This document shows, piece by piece, positions 12,847 to 26,461 of a stretch of DNA of 64,000 bases (the first letter of the stretch is position 1; each line of letters starts with the position of its first letter). Location of the stretch: the NCBI RefSeq assembly GCF_006345805.1, contig NC_043008.1:78616001-78680000 (forward strand), given 5' to 3'. Both the position numbers and the translations under genes were made by a program. The DNA comes from Octopus sinensis (taxonomy: Eukaryota). Below the pieces are notes generated by a model. It was not told where the DNA came from. It saw only the letters and a program-made list of their open reading frames with translations, and did no database searches.

Positions 12847-13395
12847 CATATATACGACAGGCTTCTTTCAGTTTCCGTCTACCAAATCCACTCACAAGGC
12901 ATTGGTCGGCCCGGGGCTATAGCAGAAGACACTTGCCCAAGATGCCACGCAGTGGGACTGAACCCGGAGCCATGTGGTTGGTTAGCAAGCTACTTACCAC
13001 ACAGCCTCTCCTTTATTTTTATTCTTTTACTTGTTTCAATCATTTGACTGCGGCCATGCTGGAGCATCACCTTTAGTCGAACAAATGGACCTCAGGACTT
13101 ATTCTATCAGTCTCACTTTTGCTGAACCGCTAAGTTATGGGGATGTAAACACACCAGCATCAGTTGTCAAGCGATGGTGGGGGAGACAAATACAGACACA
13201 CAAACACACACACATGCACACGCACACATATATATATGATGAGCTTCTTTCAGTTTCCATCTACCGAATCCACTCACAAGGCTTTGGTTGGCTCGAAGCT
13301 ATAGTAGAAGACACTTGCCCGAGGTGCCACACAATGGGATTGAACCCGGACCCATGTGGTTGGTAAGCAAACTACTTAACACACTGTTACTTATG
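12610..13395 (-). mobile_element. Two tandem tRNA-SINE copies (younger ~12610-13010, older ~13020-13395)
   Basis: Reverse complement of the SINE at 1763-2168. Confidence 0.85.
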
Positions 13396-13489
13396 CGTCT
13401 GTCTGTATGTATAAGATGCATGTGTGTGTGTGTGTATTATATATGTATATATAATATATATTATATATATATAATATATTAAAATATAA

Positions 13490-14100
13490 AGTTAAAGTCT
13501 GGTCATAGAGTGACCAATGGTTTTGTATGGTTTCGTATCCAGGAAAGCTACAGCCTTGAGGACAGCTCATCAGACACTATACAAAAACAATTTTGACTTT
13601 TCACCTCGCAGAAGCAGAGAAACACTAGGACAATAATATAAAACGGCTAACAGAGAAAAAAGTTAATGAGGATGGGTTATCTCCCCTGGACCAGAGGTTA
13701 AATGGAAGCTAGTATTTATTTCATTAAACAGCAAACGGAAAGACCCAATGGTGTTTGTTCTGGGGTCGATGACATTAGAGCTAGTAATTGTGCTATTGTC
13801 ATTGCCTCCAGCGCCATTATTGTACATTGTTGATAATGTTGTTGCCAAGTCATAGTGTCACCATAGCCTTATAAATGACTCTTTCGGCCGTGCATCAGCC
13901 CCCTACTGGACAGTTATTGTACACCCTGCAAGAGCAACCTGCCTCTTCTCTTGGTTTGCAAGTGTTATTTAAAATACTTTTTATATTGGGTGCACAATTC
14001 AAGGAGACCCTTAGGTTGCACCTGTTGAATAAATGTCTGTATCTGTGTCTGTGTGTGAAATGTTTGTGGATTAATCTGTGAAATATCCTTCCCACACAAG
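13490..14100 (-). mobile_element. Decayed PLE 3' fragment (GIY-YIG region) with HHR at 13505-13580
   Basis: HRYRHLFNRCNLRVS..CSCRVYNNCPVGG resembles PLE-2. Downstream the minus strand reads atagtgt-CTGATGA-gctgtcc...ggatac-GAAACCA...TGGTC-actctat. Confidence 0.7.
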
Positions 14101-14236
14101 TCTTGACGCTGAATGAGAAGGGTGGGGCAAACCAAACGACATTTCAGCGGCACCTCCTTTTCTGGATGCTAGGGCCTGGCATGTACAAGATACTGTCCTT
14201 AAACACACTAGAGCTGAAATGTGTAAAAGACTAAAA

Positions 14237-14291
<55 letters not shown>

Positions 14292-15454
14292 CCACAATTG
14301 TCCTTATACGATAAGTATATTTTTTCTCTAGCATTGATACGACTCTTAATCTGTCTCTTTCTCTCTCTCTCTCTCCTCCCTTATTCCCCTTCCTTTCTTT
14401 CCCTCTCCATCCGTCTTCCCCCCCCCCTTCTACGTTTCTCTATCTCTCTCACCTCCAGCCCCCTCGATCTGTCTCTTTCTTCTCCTCCCTCGTCCACCTT
14501 CTCTCTCTTTTCATCTGTCCCTTTCTCCTGTCTTTTGTTCTCACGTGACCGCTAGCCGCTGTTGAGCGCTCTTTTCGTTCCAGCAGTCGCCGAAGCAACA
14601 CGTATTTGTTCGTCTCCCTGCGGCCATTAGGCACAACTTCATAAGCCAGCCCCATACTCAACTCGTCCTGTCGAAAGACCCTTGTCCTACGTCCTGGTTT
14701 TGTTTTGTTTTTTATTTTTACCGTTATTGTTTTTACGTTTTTGTATTCTTATTGGTGTCACGTATTCTGTATTTTTGTTCGTGTACTTCGTTCGTTTTCC
14801 GTCCTCGTGTTGTATACATTCGAAGCTTTCTTCCAGGGGATCTAATGCGCTTGGCTTAGATTTCCCTTGGCGGGCTGCCCATATCGGAGCAATCTCAAGA
14901 TTAATCAGCCGAAATTGCTAAGATGATCTGGTTCTTGACTGATGACTGAGGGCTTCGAATGTCCCGTCCTGTGGTTCTTGTGTCGTCTCTGTGGTGTTTC
15001 ATGTTCTTGTCCATGTCTGTAATTATTTTTACTGTTTACCTATATATATATATATATATACTGTTGTGTCTGGGGAGAGTCATTCTCTTTTGGTGCCTTA
15101 TAATTTAACACACTCACTGGTAAAATTTCCACTTAATTCTTTTTTATTTTTCTAAAATTTTCATTGCATCAAGCAACCTTTTCAATAGTTTTGACTGTCC
15201 GTTACTCACACTGCGTTCTGTTTTGTTTGTTTGTGTGCATGTGTGTGTGGAGCAGTGTGTGTGTGTGTGCCTAAACATACATGCATGTATGTATGAATGC
15301 ATGTGTGTGTGTGTGCATGTATGTGTGTGTGAGTATATGAATCTATGTGTGTACATTTGTATGTATGTATTCTGTATATTCATGTGTTTGCATGTCCATG
15401 TTTGTGTGTTTTTATGTATGTGCATGTGTGTGTGTACCTCTGTTTCCTTGTGTA

Positions 15455-16615
15455 TGCAAACATGCTTGGTATTCCTGCTTGCTTGAGGACTTCTTTGTTG
15501 GGGACATGATTCTGCCATTTGATGCGAAAGATTTTCTGGAGGCAGTGCAGGTAAAAGATATTTAAGCGACACTCTTGGCGTGTGTATGGCGTCCAAGTTT
15601 CACTTCCATACAGCAGAGTGCTAAGTACACATGCCTGGTAAATCTTCATTTTTGTGGTCTTGGTCAGCTTATTGTTGTCCCATGCCCGTTTGGAGAGTTG
15701 GGCCATCACAGCAGCTGCCTTGCCAATGCGTATATTGAGCTCAGCATCAAGAGATAGGTTGTAGGTGACGGTAGAGCCAAGATAGGTAAACTTCTCCACC
15801 TCCTGTAATCTGTGGTTTCCAATATGTATGTTTAGGATGTCTTGGCATGCAGGTGCGAGAGATTGAACAGTTTCCTGTCACTTCTACTGTGCAGAATCAC
15901 TCCATCATCTGATGTCTGAAAGGCATGTGAGAGCAGCGGCGAGAAGAAGATGCCAAATAATGTAGGAGCAAGGACACAACCTTGCTTTACCCCGTTTTTT
16001 ATTTGGAAGGCAGCTGATGTTGAACCATGGTGCTGTATGGTGCCTTGCATATCATGGAAAGATGTGATGATCTTCAGCAGCTTTGATGGACATCCGATTT
16101 TTTTGGAGCCGGATGAAGAGGCTTTTTCTGCTTACCAAGTAAAAGGCCTTTGTCAGATCAATGAAGGTCATATATAATGACATTTTCTGCTCTCTGGACT
16201 TCTCCTGAAGTTGGCGTATGGAGAATATCATGTCAATAGTTGATCTGCTTCTTCTAAAGCCACACTGCAATTCTGGATAAATTTGAGAAGCAAGCAGTTG
16301 TAGCCTGGACAGGATAATGCAAGCAAAGGTCTTTCCAACAGTGCTTAGAAGAGATATTCCACGGTAATTGTTACAATCACCATGGTCACCTTTGTTTTTG
16401 TAAAGCGTGATGATGTTAGCATCCCACATATCCTGAGGGACTGTACCCTCTTCCCAGCACTGACACAGAAGCTCATGAAGGTACCAGAGCAGGATGGTGT
16501 TTTTGCTGGCTTTGATGATCTCTGAGGGGCTGCCGTCTTTTCCCGGAGCCTTGTTACTTGTTAGGGAGTCAATAGCCTTGGTGAGCTCTGCTATAGATGG
16601 CTGACTGACAAGGGA
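15455..16615 (-). mobile_element. Decayed RTE/BovB-like LINE RT fragment
   Basis: WDANIITLYKNKGDHGDCNNYRGISLLS, QCGFR..RSTIDMIF, FIDLTKAF, GVKQGCVLAPTLF, LLYGSETW; frameshifted. Confidence 0.85.
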
Positions 16616-16734
16616 GGCAAGCTCCCTAAGGTCGCAGATATAGCGAGAATATTGATGATTCTATCTATCTATCTGTCTACCTACCTACTTAACTATTTAT
16701 CTACTTATTAGCTTGCCTATCTTCCCATCTATCT

Positions 16735-18390
16735 ACATAGTTGGGTTTATGGTCCTTAAGATTAATTCTAGAGGTTTCAGGCTTGTAAGGTTCAGTTTTA
16801 TCTTCTAAATTATATTTTTCCATAATACCTTTAGCTAGCAAGTTAAGTTGTGTAAGGTTGTTAGAATTTGTGACTTTATAGCTTTTAGTTATTTCTTTTT
16901 TGAGTAGTGTATAGTATTGGTATTGGGTTAAATGATACAAGTTACCGTTTTAACCACATGCACTAAAATTCTTTCTTTTTCCTTAAGCTCCTCTGAATAA
17001 AAAATATATGCCATACAGCAAAATGAAAATAAAACTGCTACAATTGATTGAAATCTGAATAAACATTTCAAAACCATGCTTCAACTTTAATACCAATAGA
17101 GCTGATTATAAGACCAGAATCCCATTGGTTTTAAAAAGTAACGTTATCACCTCCAACTGAATACCGATGCAGAATGCTTGTTTGAATCAGTTCACTTTGA
17201 AAACATCATGATTGACCCTTGAAATTGCAGTGACTGGGATCCATAATTGCATACAGAGCAATGTGCAGTCACTGCAATTGAAACATATGCTGTAAAAAAA
17301 ACTTTTTAATAAAAAAGTTTTGACTGTGAATAAATCTCCACTCTCCTTTTCCTTATCAATCATATACGCTAGAGAATATTTGCAGTTCTGAATAGAAATA
17401 CGGAACTACCTAACAAGCAAAGCTTACCAGTACAAGTATCTCTTTTAAGCTTGGGCTCTATGTAATGGACCATTGTGGATAGCCAATTTGTGAGATAATA
17501 CGTTAACCACCAGGATAACTTAACCCTTTCATACTCTAATCAAAGTAACTCTCAGTTTTTAACAAGCAAATATGGCAGAAAACCAGAGAATAAAGAGAAT
17601 TAATATCAACGCATCCCTTAAGGATATTCCAATACCACAAAAGAAAGAATATATCAAAGACCTTATCTACAAAACCAATTCTTTCATACACAGATTGAGA
17701 TGTTGGACATACTTCCTTGACAAAAAAAGAGGAAGATTCTAACAACAACGCAACAGATGAACAGATGCAGCCAATTTTTTAAATGAGAAAATACTCACCA
17801 CCAAACCAACACCTAGCCGCCTTCAACTATGGAATATTATTAAGAATATTAAATTCTGTAAATTCTCCTTAAGAAGAAATAAACACCTCCAGAAACCACG
17901 CTACCAAGAGGTCCCATTCTCAGTCAATATTACTATACAAATAACTGACAAATATAATAGCAAACAAACTTAATGACGAAATAGAAACCAGGTAAATAGG
18001 CTATACACTTTTATGAAAAGCTTCAGTAGAAATAGAAATACATACCTCAATAACATAGATATCTCTGGCAATATCAAGTGGTATATAATTCCCTTTGCTA
18101 AACAAGTAATCTCCAGTATACCAAAATTGTTCTATTCAACATTGGTTAAACATTTTCCGAGACAGTAAATACCATAGTTTTGGCTATGAATAAATCTCCA
18201 CTCTCTTCTTCATTATCACTTATATACTCTAGAGGATACTACCCAACTACCCAACAAGTGAAGCTTGCCAGTACCAGTATCACCCTTAAGCTTTGGTACT
18301 ATGTAATAAACTGTTGTGGATAGCCACCATTGATACCAATTTGTGAGATAATACGGTATCCGCCAGAATAACTAATCCCTTTTATACTCT
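16735..18390. mobile_element. Old PLE-like fragments and a ~200-bp direct repeat (~17325-17540 and ~18185-18390)
   Basis: Minus strand KEITKSYK..INLKDHKPN; plus strand SLKDIPIPQKKEYIKDLIYKTNSFIHRLR; repeated tgaataaatctccactctc...taagctt.gg..ctatgtaat block. Confidence 0.5.
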
Positions 18391-18739
18391 CTCTCTCTCT
18401 CACTCTCTCTCTCTCACTCTCTCTCTCTCTCCATATACATATATATATATATATAATTAATTCAAAAAATGGAGAAAAAGACAAGAAACAACAACAATGT
18501 GAGGACGTAGCACATGTAAGGTATTATTATGGTCAGAGAGGGAAAAGAGTAGTTGTTTTACATTTCGAGCATAGCTCTTCTTTGGAAACAGGTAAAATAG
18601 GAAAGTCCAAAGGAAAAGGAAGAAGGAGGGGAAAAAATCGCCAACAGTCTACGTGTATTTACATTTTTGAAATGACCAAAAGTAGAAGGATGAAGAGAAA
18701 GTGCTTTCTGAGACAGGAGAGTAAGAAGAATGGTTGGTA

Positions 18740-19740
18740 CCTGTGTGCATGTGTGTGGTGGTGTGTGTGATAGCGTGTATGTATAGTAGTGTGTGTGTTT
18801 GGAGGAAGTAGCTGAGCATTTGTGTGTGTGGTAGCATGTGTACGTGTGGTGATATTGGTGTGTGTAATATCATAGGGAAACATCAGCAGCTATAGTGGCA
18901 GGTATGTGTATGGATGGGTGTGGCAGTATGTGTGTATGTGTGTTTTAGTACATGTGCATAGAAGGTATTATCAATAGTGAATTAGGGCAGTCTGAAGGGT
19001 GTGTAAGAGGCAGTCTGAAGCAGTGTGTGAATGGGTGGATGTGGATGTGCATTCATGTGCCTGTGTCTATGTGTGTTTGTACATAAAAGGGAGAGAAGTG
19101 AGGGTGCATTGTCTGAAGGAAATGCGAATGCGTGGCTGTGGCTATGTGAATGACCAAGGGTGGCTGTGTGTATGTGTGTGTGTGCAGGTGTATGGGTGTT
19201 GGTGTGTCTATCTTTGTGTGTCGTTATGTCACTCCTCTCAGTATATATATATATGTATATGGGTATGTGTACATGTGTGTGTGTGTGTGTTCGTATGTGC
19301 ATGCTTGTGTTGTGTGTGCAGATGTGTGTGGCGTATGTGTGGTGTGCGTGGTGTATGTGTAGTGTGTGGGTTGTGTGCATTTGTGCGCTTGTGTGTGTAG
19401 ACCTATGTGCGTGCATATGTGTGTGCATGTTTGTGTGTGCGAGTGTGTGAGTGTGTGCATGCGTGAGAGGGAGAGAGGAGTGAGGTGGTGTGTGTGTTTA
19501 TGTGTGGGTATCAGGTGTGTGAGCTTGCATGTGTGTGTATGCCTGTGTGAGTGCGTGTGTGTGGAGATGTGTGGGGGGTGTATGTACGTGCGTGTGTGTG
19601 TGTGCACGCGGGAGTGGGTGTCGTGTGTGTGGTGTATGTGTTGTGTGTGGTGTGTATGTGGTGCGTATGGTGTGTGTGTGTGGATTGTGAGGTGTGTGTG
19701 GATTGTGAGGTATGTGGTGTGTGGGGTGTGATGTGTGGTA
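18740..19740. repeat. Degenerate (TG)n-rich tract
   Basis: About 1 kb of imperfect GT repeats. Confidence 0.85.
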
Positions 19741-20399
19741 AAATATAAAATATAAAAATATAAAAATTAATACAATTAATAATCTTTTCTAATCTAGGCA
19801 TAAGGCCCAAAATTTGGGGGGAAGGGGCCAGTCAATTAGATCGACCCCAGTGTTTCACTGGTACTTAATTTATCAAAGCCGAAAGGATGAAAGGCAAAGT
19901 CGACTTCGGCAGAATTTGAACTCAGAACGTAAAGACAGACGAAATACCTATTTCTTTACTACCCACAAGGGGCTAAACACAGAGAGGACAAACAAGAACA
20001 GATAAACGGATTAAGTTGATTATATCGACCCTAGTGCGTAACTGGCACTTATTTAATCTACCCTGAAAGGATGAAAGGCAAAGTCGACCTTGGCGGAATT
20101 TGAACGCAGAACGTAGCGGCAGACAAAATACCGCTAAGCATTTCGCCCAGCGCGCTAACGATTCTGCCAGCTCACCGCCTTAATACAATTAGTAATGAAA
20201 AATAAATGACAAATGAAAAATAATAAATAAAATTTCGTAAAAAAAGATTATATGAGCAAATCAGTAAAATAAATAAATAAGATAAAAGAAATTAAAATAA
20301 AAATTAAGAATATGAAATAAAAGGAAAAAAGTCAAAATAAACCAATAAAATCATAACAGAAATAAATAAAAATGAATTTTAAGTTTTGTAATTCAGAAT

Positions 20400-21385
20400 A
20401 AACAAATCAAAAAGAAATTTAACAATTAAAGCATCAAAAAATCTGAATAAACCAATAATGAATAACCAAATAAAAGAATAAACAATATAAAATTGAAATA
20501 AGGGACAGTCATTGAGAACAGGGGTTGTCTGAAAGGAGTTTGAGTATGTAGAGTGAAATTGTAACGCTGTCCCAGGTGGAGCCTAGAGTAAAGGCCAAAG
20601 ACGGTCATATGTGAGATGGAGTAGGTGACCAACCAAAAATGATGGTCGACGTGTGCGTTCGTACGTAGATGAACATCTCGAAGATGTTCGGTGAACTGGT
20701 CAGCTAGCTGGCAGCCCATCTGACCAACATAAAGTTTGTTGCAGTGATTACAACCGATGCAGTAAATAACGCTGGAAGAAGTGCAGAAGAAGGAATTCCT
20801 AATGTAGAGGGTGTTCTGGTTGGGTCCAGTGAGAGAGGTGGTGTTAGTGATGAAGAGACAGGTGTGGCAACGGGATCTGAAGCAAAGAAAGAATCCAGGT
20901 GGGGCTAGAATGGAGGGGTAGCTATGGACCAGTAGATTGCATAGGTTATGGGTGCGTTTGAAGGAGGGCAAGGGTAGGTTGGGAAAAATAGGGAGGGTGG
21001 TGGGATTTAGTTGGAGGCGATGGAAGGCTCACAGGATCCTCTGACAAAGGGTTAGGGTGGAGGGATGGAAAAGAAGAGGAAAGGGGTGGCGTTTAGGGGA
21101 CTGGTGTGGGGAAGGATTTGACGAGCACGAGTAAAGCAATTTGGACAAGGGTTGATGAGTATCCATGATGCATGAACAAGCAGGCCAGGTACTGGGACTG
21201 GGTCTTGAAATCCTGGTTCTGACTGCACAGGCATTGGAGGCGGGGGAACTGGGAACAGGGGATGTCCCGTTTGGCGTGGGAGGGATGGGAGGAGGAAAAG
21301 TTGAGGTAGAGGTAAAAGTTTGCGGGTTTGAAGAAGGCAGAGGTGGTGAGAGAGTGGGAGAGGGATTCAATGGAGAGAGGACTTT
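20400..21385 (-). mobile_element. Decayed Penelope-like element (RT C-terminus + GIY-YIG)
   Basis: SSSHPSHAKRDIP in a shifted frame; CFRSRCHTC, FFCTSSSVIYCIGCNHCNKLYVGQMGCQLADQFTEHL. Confidence 0.75.
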
Positions 21386-21472
21386 TGAAATTTTTATATT
21401 TATTTACAATTTTTACATCAGTGTTTAAAGTTCAATTCCTTCTAAAAATTTGAAATGCTTTTATAACTAAGA

Positions 21473-21554
21473 ATCTCTGATGAAGGAAATGTGATCACCG
21501 AAGCTGAAAAGACGTATCTACCTTTTCGCACATTCCCTGAAACAGCCGTAAGAT
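21473..21554 (+). ncRNA. Type I hammerhead ribozyme motif
   Basis: atct-CTGATGA-aggaaatgtg...cacattccct-GAAACAGCCGTA-agat; GUA site. Confidence 0.75.
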
Positions 21555-22136
21555 GTTTTTCATCTTATTTGATACATTCAAGGACTTTCTTTTAAATTAC
21601 TGTTATCTTATCCACTGGTGACTTTTAATTTAATTATATATATTCATCTGTATATGTGTATGCACGGTGTCATCCAATTTTGATTTTGAATGGGATCGTA
21701 TGAAGAAATATATATGGTATAATAAATATTTATGTATAAATATAGTTATGCTCCCAGCTTGAATATGTGTTGGTTTTGACCAAGAATAACTTGATATCCG
21801 ACTCTATCTTCCTTTATTGAATTCTGATATCCCCACTTGATATATTGAGCCCTTCATTGTTGTTCTGTGAAAGAGTTACTATCTTTTAATATTCAGGTCT
21901 ATATTTATATATATATGTGTGTGTATATATATATATAGGGTAGTGAATATTTATAGAAATTTCACTACCAGTGGCCTAGCATGTATAAAAAGTCAATAGA
22001 CAACATATTCTCAGTTCGGCATTTTTCATTGACTGCCAACTGAAATTGCACTTGCACGGGGAATTTGAAAAATTATAACATATAATGATGAGACACGTGT
22101 TATTTGTCTCTTAATTATATATTAGTGTTATCACAC

Positions 22137-22206
22137 GGTTACTGATGAGAATTTCACCTGGCAAATTATTTTATTTGCTAAAAAAATTTGAAATCTAGGT
22201 ATAACC
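22137..22206 (+). ncRNA. Type I hammerhead ribozyme motif
   Basis: ggtta-CTGATGA-gaattt...aaattt-GAAATCTAGGTA-taacc. Stem III derives from the palindrome ACCTAGGT. Confidence 0.75.
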
Positions 22207-22280
22207 ATAAAAAAATAACACGGTAAAAGTTTTTATTTTTCATTCCTTCGAAATTGCTCTTAAATGTGGTTTTGGTCGTG

Positions 22281-22315
<35 letters not shown>

Positions 22316-22635
22316 CGACCAAAACCACATTTAAGAGCAATTTCGAAGGGAATGAAAAATAAAAACTTTTACCTATATATATATACATAAATATGTAGAT
22401 ATATATATTTATGTATATATATATATGTATATACATATGTACATATATACAAAAGTTCTATAATTATTAGCATAATTATAATTAGGGTACAGCAAAATTT
22501 GCTTCACCACATACCAAAATTTAGAAATAGCAGTTAAAATACTATTCTACTACCATAAGATATCTCCCAGACAGGAATACTCAACAACTCATGCAGGTAA
22601 AGAGAAAAAATAACGATTCCACCTGGCTCTGATTA

Positions 22636-22718
22636 ACTGTATACACGTTTTGGGGTTAGAGAGATGTAAAAAATGTAAAATCATATTTTTACTCACTCAT
22701 TCTCTCCATCAGTACAGT
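22636..22718 (-). ncRNA. Decayed type I HHR motif
   Basis: Minus strand actgta-CTGATGG-agaga...ctctct-aaccccAAAACGTGTA-tacagt; core partly mutated. Confidence 0.45.
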
Positions 22719-23420
22719 ATTTCAAATTTTAAATTTGAGAGCACTGATAATTAATATATGTATTCGACCAAGCGCCATCAAATAGCAGTACTTCCGAATT
22801 CAAACAGATGAATGAGATCTCATCAAACAGAAGAATGAGATCCTTTATTTATATACTGTTCAGTTTTTCCGCGTTGAAAAAAATTTCTTTCTACTTGTTC
22901 TACAATACATTTCAACACTTCAAAAACAAACTTATGTTTGTTTACATATGACATAATCTGTCTGTCTGTCTGCCTGCCTGCCTACATGCATGCCTGTATG
23001 TATGTATGTATGTATGTATGTTGATTATACTGAGTGTATTTGGCAAATTTTTTAGTCTTAAATGGAAAATCTCACAGATTTTTCTTTCATCTACCAGATG
23101 TCAATATGATAAGTACCAGTAAGGTGCTAAGCTGGCATAATCATTAGCACTTCATGCAAAATGCTTAGTGGTGTTTCATGTCTTCTTGGTCTGATTTCAA
23201 ATTCCAATGAGGTCAACATTGCCTTTCATCCTTTTGGGATTGATATAATAAGTCAGTTGGGTATTAGGGTCAAAGTAATCGACTTACCCCTACTCCCAAA
23301 ACTGCTCGATCTGTACTAAAATTTGAAACCAACATAAGTATCAGTGTATAAAATAATTACTAAAGTTGATGTAACCAACCATATACCAAAAGGCTGATCC
23401 CCAACATGGATACATAAATT

Positions 23421-24877
23421 CAGAATCATGCTAATAGGTTAGGAGTGAAATTTAGGATTTCTCGGTTTTCTGTGAATCGATTTTGATAAAACTTTTCGCA
23501 GCTGGTTTGCACACTATGACAACATCATTATGTTTTCATTTTTCTGTGTAATGTCTTTTCTTTTTTTATTTCAGCTTCTTCAGTTTTTGAGTGAACTATG
23601 CAAATAGCTTTTGAATAGAAATAGCCCATCTAAACATTGTTTTTCAGAAGTATATACTTGGTATACATCAAGTATATATTTAACAGAAAAATATAATATT
23701 ATAACATTTATTGACATAATGAATTATTTAGCCACATGAGCACCATTTTGATGGGTCGCTTCAAAAACCTTATTAGTTATGGAATCTATTAATTTCTTTA
23801 TAGTAGCAGATTGGACTACCTCTGCTGCAGCTTTGATGGTCGCCCATAAGACATCTTCTGACATAAATTGGCATCCATCAACATAAACATCTTGTTTAAT
23901 GATGGATCAAAGATTTTCAATAGGATTGAGATCTGGAGATGCGAGCGGCCACACCATCAACCTTTCACCTTGTATATCATAAGACCCTAAGAATATTTGG
24001 GTAGTCCTAGCAAAGTAGGAAGGAGTGTTGTCATGCATGAATACAAGATTCCGGAGAAGTGACAGTGGTATGGCATCTAGCTAGGGATCCAAGACCTCCT
24101 TCAGGAGATTGCAGTAGGCGGCTGCAGTCACTTTAACTTCTTCAGGCACCCTGACTGGACCAACAAGTCTGTCCCCAATGATACCAGCCCACAACATGAC
24201 ACCTCCACCCTGTTGTTGATGTTGGTGGTGCTCATCTCCAAAATAAACCCAACCATTTGCCCAACCATCAGGTTCGTCAAGAGTCACCCTGGTTTTGTCA
24301 GTGAACAGAATACAACTCATGTCTAACTCCTATAAAAAGGCAGTTTCAGGAGTTCTTGCACGGAAATCATGGCCCTGAGGATGCGATTTCTGGTGGTTTT
24401 TGGTACATGAGGAATTTCGGAGGTGGTAAATATGGCTTTGCTTGTTTGTCCAGCTTTCCCACTTAACTTGCAGCCAATATTCCTTAAATCCCTAGCTGTC
24501 ACAGTCTTGGAGGTCCCACAATCAGATCAATTCTTCCTTGGTGCTCATGTGGCTAAATAATCCATTATGCCAATAAATGTTATAAAATTATGTTAAATAT
24601 ATACTCATACTCAATGTATGCTTAATATGTATCATTATCCCTCATTTTCTGAAAAACAATGTTTAGATGGGCTATTTCTATTCAAAAGCTATTTGCATAG
24701 TTCATCCCAAAATTGAAGAATCTGAAATAAAAAAGAAAGGATGTTACACAGAATAATGAAAACATAACAATGATGTTGCCATAGTGTGCACACCAGCTGA
24801 AAAAAGTTTTATCAAAATCAAGTCACAGGAAACTAAGAAATCCTAAATTTCACTCCTAAGTTATTAGCATGATTCTG
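23421..24877 (-). mobile_element. Tc1-like DNA transposon, decayed, with ~220-bp TIRs
   Basis: TIRs cagaatcatgctaata...aaatagcccatctaaacattg and their reverse complement at ~24655-24877. Transposase remnants ILFTDKTR, GGVMLWAGI, FMHDN, SPDLNPIENLW. Confidence 0.88.
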
Positions 24878-25785
24878 GGTGTATAAATATCTGAAACCAT
24901 TAAAAGAAGAAAAAATATATACTTTTGTTTCTATGCTCCTTATATCTTTCACTACCTATTGAATTTCAGCTTATTTTTGTTGTGTATTTATCTCTATATC
25001 AGATTATTTACCATTTTGGTGGCCTTGCAAACATACAATTGTCTGTCAGAAAACCATTTCAAAAGGATTCTAACATTTACACATGCTCGGAAGGAAACTT
25101 ACTTATGAGCTCTGGCCATACCTAACTGCAAACAATCAGCCATGTCAGTGGGAAGAGGGTGAGTCCCCTTTCCCATGCCAGAAAGAGCTTTAAGTCAACT
25201 AAAAGAATTTATCTTGTTTTACTGTTCTAATAAACAGCATAGTCCTTTTTCTTTTATTTTTATGGAGGCATGTTTGAAACACTGGCTGGTTTAACACCAC
25301 AACTTGGAATTTGGTTACTTTTAATGGATTTCAGTTTCTAATAAGCATTTGGACTGGCACTTGGCTTCAGAATAACAACACCTTTTGACATGCGACTTCC
25401 CATTACATGTTTCCTTTCTCAGTGCCAGTGTTTGTAAAATAGTGCAGTAGGAGGAACTTTCCTAGTTAAGTCATGTCACCAAATAAGAACAGATACTTTG
25501 CTTTGTCCGTAATATCTCGAGAGAGATACCTTATCAGCTGGAACATAATCCTATATTATCATTCTATGTTTGTTACTAATGACCCAAGAAGTACAGAATT
25601 TTGAAAAATCACCTGCAGCAGCTCATGTCCTGCTAAACTACATAAAAGAATTGAATTAGAGATTAATAGCAACTTATGGGTCTCAGTTTCCTAAGCAAGA
25701 GGAAACTGAGACCCATGGGTAAAAAAAAAACACTTTAAACCACATAAAATATATACTTGCATGCATATAATCTAATAATACTGAC

Positions 25786-26031
25786 CGTTGGTACAGGAAT
25801 CTTCATTAATCCTACACTCCAAGCAATTTCAAATTTTAAAACTGCATCAGTTCCATTTATTAAAACTTTGTCAAGAAGTTCAACAGTAGGTTTTGACAAA
25901 ATATCTTTTCCTTTGTTGTTACCAGTATTGACAAGATTCCCATATAGTTTAGCCAATGCTCTGGCAGTGCTATAACCATTGAAACTGGAACATGGCAAAC
26001 GCCTAACTTCTCTGTCAGTAAGTGGACCAAA
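25786..26031 (-). CDS. Beta-lactamase-family serine hydrolase, internal exon
   Basis: ttttatag acceptor and gtcagt donor; 246 nt, phase 0/0. Reads [33 protein letters not shown]...[12 protein letters not shown], matching the family's PSxNGxxTARxLAxLY motif. Confidence 0.9.
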
Positions 26032-26096
26032 CTATAAAAGTAAAGAAATACAATTATAAAGAAGATATTAATAGATTTATACGCTCCCAGTTACAC

Positions 26097-26128
<32 letters not shown>

Positions 26129-26202
26129 TATATATATAATATATATATATATACACATACACACGTGTGTGTGTGTCTTTATATGTATGTATGTATATAT
26201 AT

Positions 26203-26262
<60 letters not shown>

Positions 26263-26425
26263 TGTATATATATATATATTATATATATATATATATATAT
26301 ACATAAATTATTAGAGAGTCATCCACTATGTGGATAACTCTAGTGCTAAAAATAGCTCCGAAGCAACCACAGAAGATCCGTTTCCAACTAGATTATTAAA
26401 TTAATATCGATTTTTCACCCTCATT

Positions 26426-26459
<34 letters not shown>

Positions 26460-26461
<2 letters not shown>

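Noticed and set aside
14835-14970. HHR-like pieces (tctaatgcg...ccgaaattgc; ctgatgactga)
   Set aside because: Core and stems are too degenerate to support.
25098-25130. Possible micro-exon (ttgcag...gtaagt on the minus strand)
   Set aside because: 23 nt would shift the frame, and the flanking exons already join in phase 0.
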